A stretch of DNA of 6,071 bases from a virus. Each line of letters starts with the position of its first letter. The first letter of the stretch is position 1. Under the pieces are notes generated by a model, which was given only the letters and a program-made list of their open reading frames with translations, was not told the DNA's origin and made no database searches. Shown in pieces: positions 5,491 to 6,071 of this stretch. The stretch lies in UHGV virus genome UHGV-0378151. One strand, given 5' to 3'. A program made the translations under genes and the position numbers.

Positions 5491-5712
5491 CAGACGCGCA
5501 ATTATTGAACAAAACTGAGAAACGACATGAAAGCGTCATAAATCGCCATTTTAGATGATTACCGTGTCGTTTCTTTTTATTGTGTATCTATTTAAAAACA
5601 AATAGTTATGTTCGAGAAGTACCGACATGCTTTTTCCAGAAAAATTTTCATAAACAGATAAAAACCGCGAGGTCGCCGCCCCGTAACGGGCCATAATTCC
5701 AGGAAGGACCCG
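5491..5712 (-). other. cos site 2 (minus orientation): lambda-type cosQ-cosN plus lambda-like cosB
   Basis: Reverse complement of 5661-5712 reads CGGGTCCTTCCTGG...CCCGTTACGGGGCGGCGACCTCGCGGTTTT, with a perfect match of about 30 bp to cos1 (4794-4823). Continuing on the minus strand, TTTATGAAAATTTTC, CATAACT and the inverted GAAACGACA (5519-5527) / TGTCGTTTC (5565-5573) motifs track lambda cosB closely. Complement of the cohesive-end 12-mer is at 5670-5681. Confidence 0.8.
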
Positions 5713-5745
5713 ACGACACCAGACTATCAGAACGATGGGGGCACA

Positions 5746-6027
5746 ATGACAGAAGCCGAAATACTGGGATTAATCCGCCGCGTTGCCGGAATCAGCCAGC
5801 AGGTTGACGAACAGGCCACGCAGCCGGACAGCGTGATCGCCGAAAATTACGCGCGTGTTGTTGCTGATGTGATGCGCCGTGATGGTATTGAGCTTAACGG
5901 CGTGGATATGCGCGACATACGGATCAGATTCCTTGAGTTGCTGGCCTACCGTCGCCGCGTGGAGATGTATCGGGAGAAGGAGAAAATAACGTACCACTGG
6001 AAGAAGCCGGAGCGGTTGCGGCGGTAA
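5746..6027 (+). CDS. Hypothetical 93-aa protein
   Basis: ORF track. Basic, helical-looking composition; GGGGG 4 nt upstream of the ATG. Preferred over the overlapping minus-strand ORF 5770-5997 because it is longer and follows the operon strand. No family recognised; not similar to the lambda gpA N-terminus. Confidence 0.45.
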   Translation: MTEAEILGLIRRVAGISQQVDEQATQPDSVIAENYARVVADVMRRDGIELNGVDMRDIRIRFLELLAYRRRVEMYREKEKITYHWKKPERLRR

Positions 6028-6071
6028 CTGGTTGATATTCCCGACGGACCAAAAATGGGTGGCTACATCCC

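Noticed and set aside
5770-5997. Minus-strand ORF 5770-5997 (75 aa)
   Set aside because: Shorter than the overlapping plus-strand ORF and opposite to the operon direction. Not firmly excluded without expression data.
6055-6071. Possible start of a further plus-strand gene (ATG at 6055)
   Set aside because: Only 17 bp are in the window, too short to support a call.
1-6071. tRNA gene, attachment site or integrase
   Set aside because: No tRNA-like cloverleaf sequence, no direct repeats resembling att sites and no tyrosine-recombinase-like ORF were seen. These probably lie outside the window.

Overview
This window looks like the interior of a phage-satellite-type mobile element (P4/PICI-like) from an enterobacterial genome, about 50% GC. 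All homology calls are from reading the translated ORFs and DNA against remembered family sequences (phage lambda gpE, gpD, Nu1 and cos; SSB; P4-type primase; PerC); no database search was run. Left part is a replication module: a rearranged P4-family primase (ATPase core on the minus strand, C-terminal domain on the plus strand, separated by 117-bp inverted repeats), an iteron-rich putative origin (1225-1448), a 92-aa gene translationally coupled to a short SSB, and a PerC-like regulator. After tandem terminators and a sigma70-like promoter with palindromes comes a plus-strand morphogenesis/packaging operon: a 68-aa protein, a lambda gpE-like major capsid protein, a gpD-like decoration protein, a 137-aa protein, a terminator, a lambda-type cos (cosQ-cosN as in lambda, divergent cosB), a Nu1-like terminase small subunit, a second cos in inverted orientation with lambda-like cosB, and a 93-aa protein. 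The most unusual features are the two inverted cos sites bracketing the Nu1-like gene, the capsid/decoration homologs without portal, protease or large terminase in the window, and the inverted-repeat-flanked primase core. No rRNA, tRNA, CRISPR array, IS element or integrase was seen.
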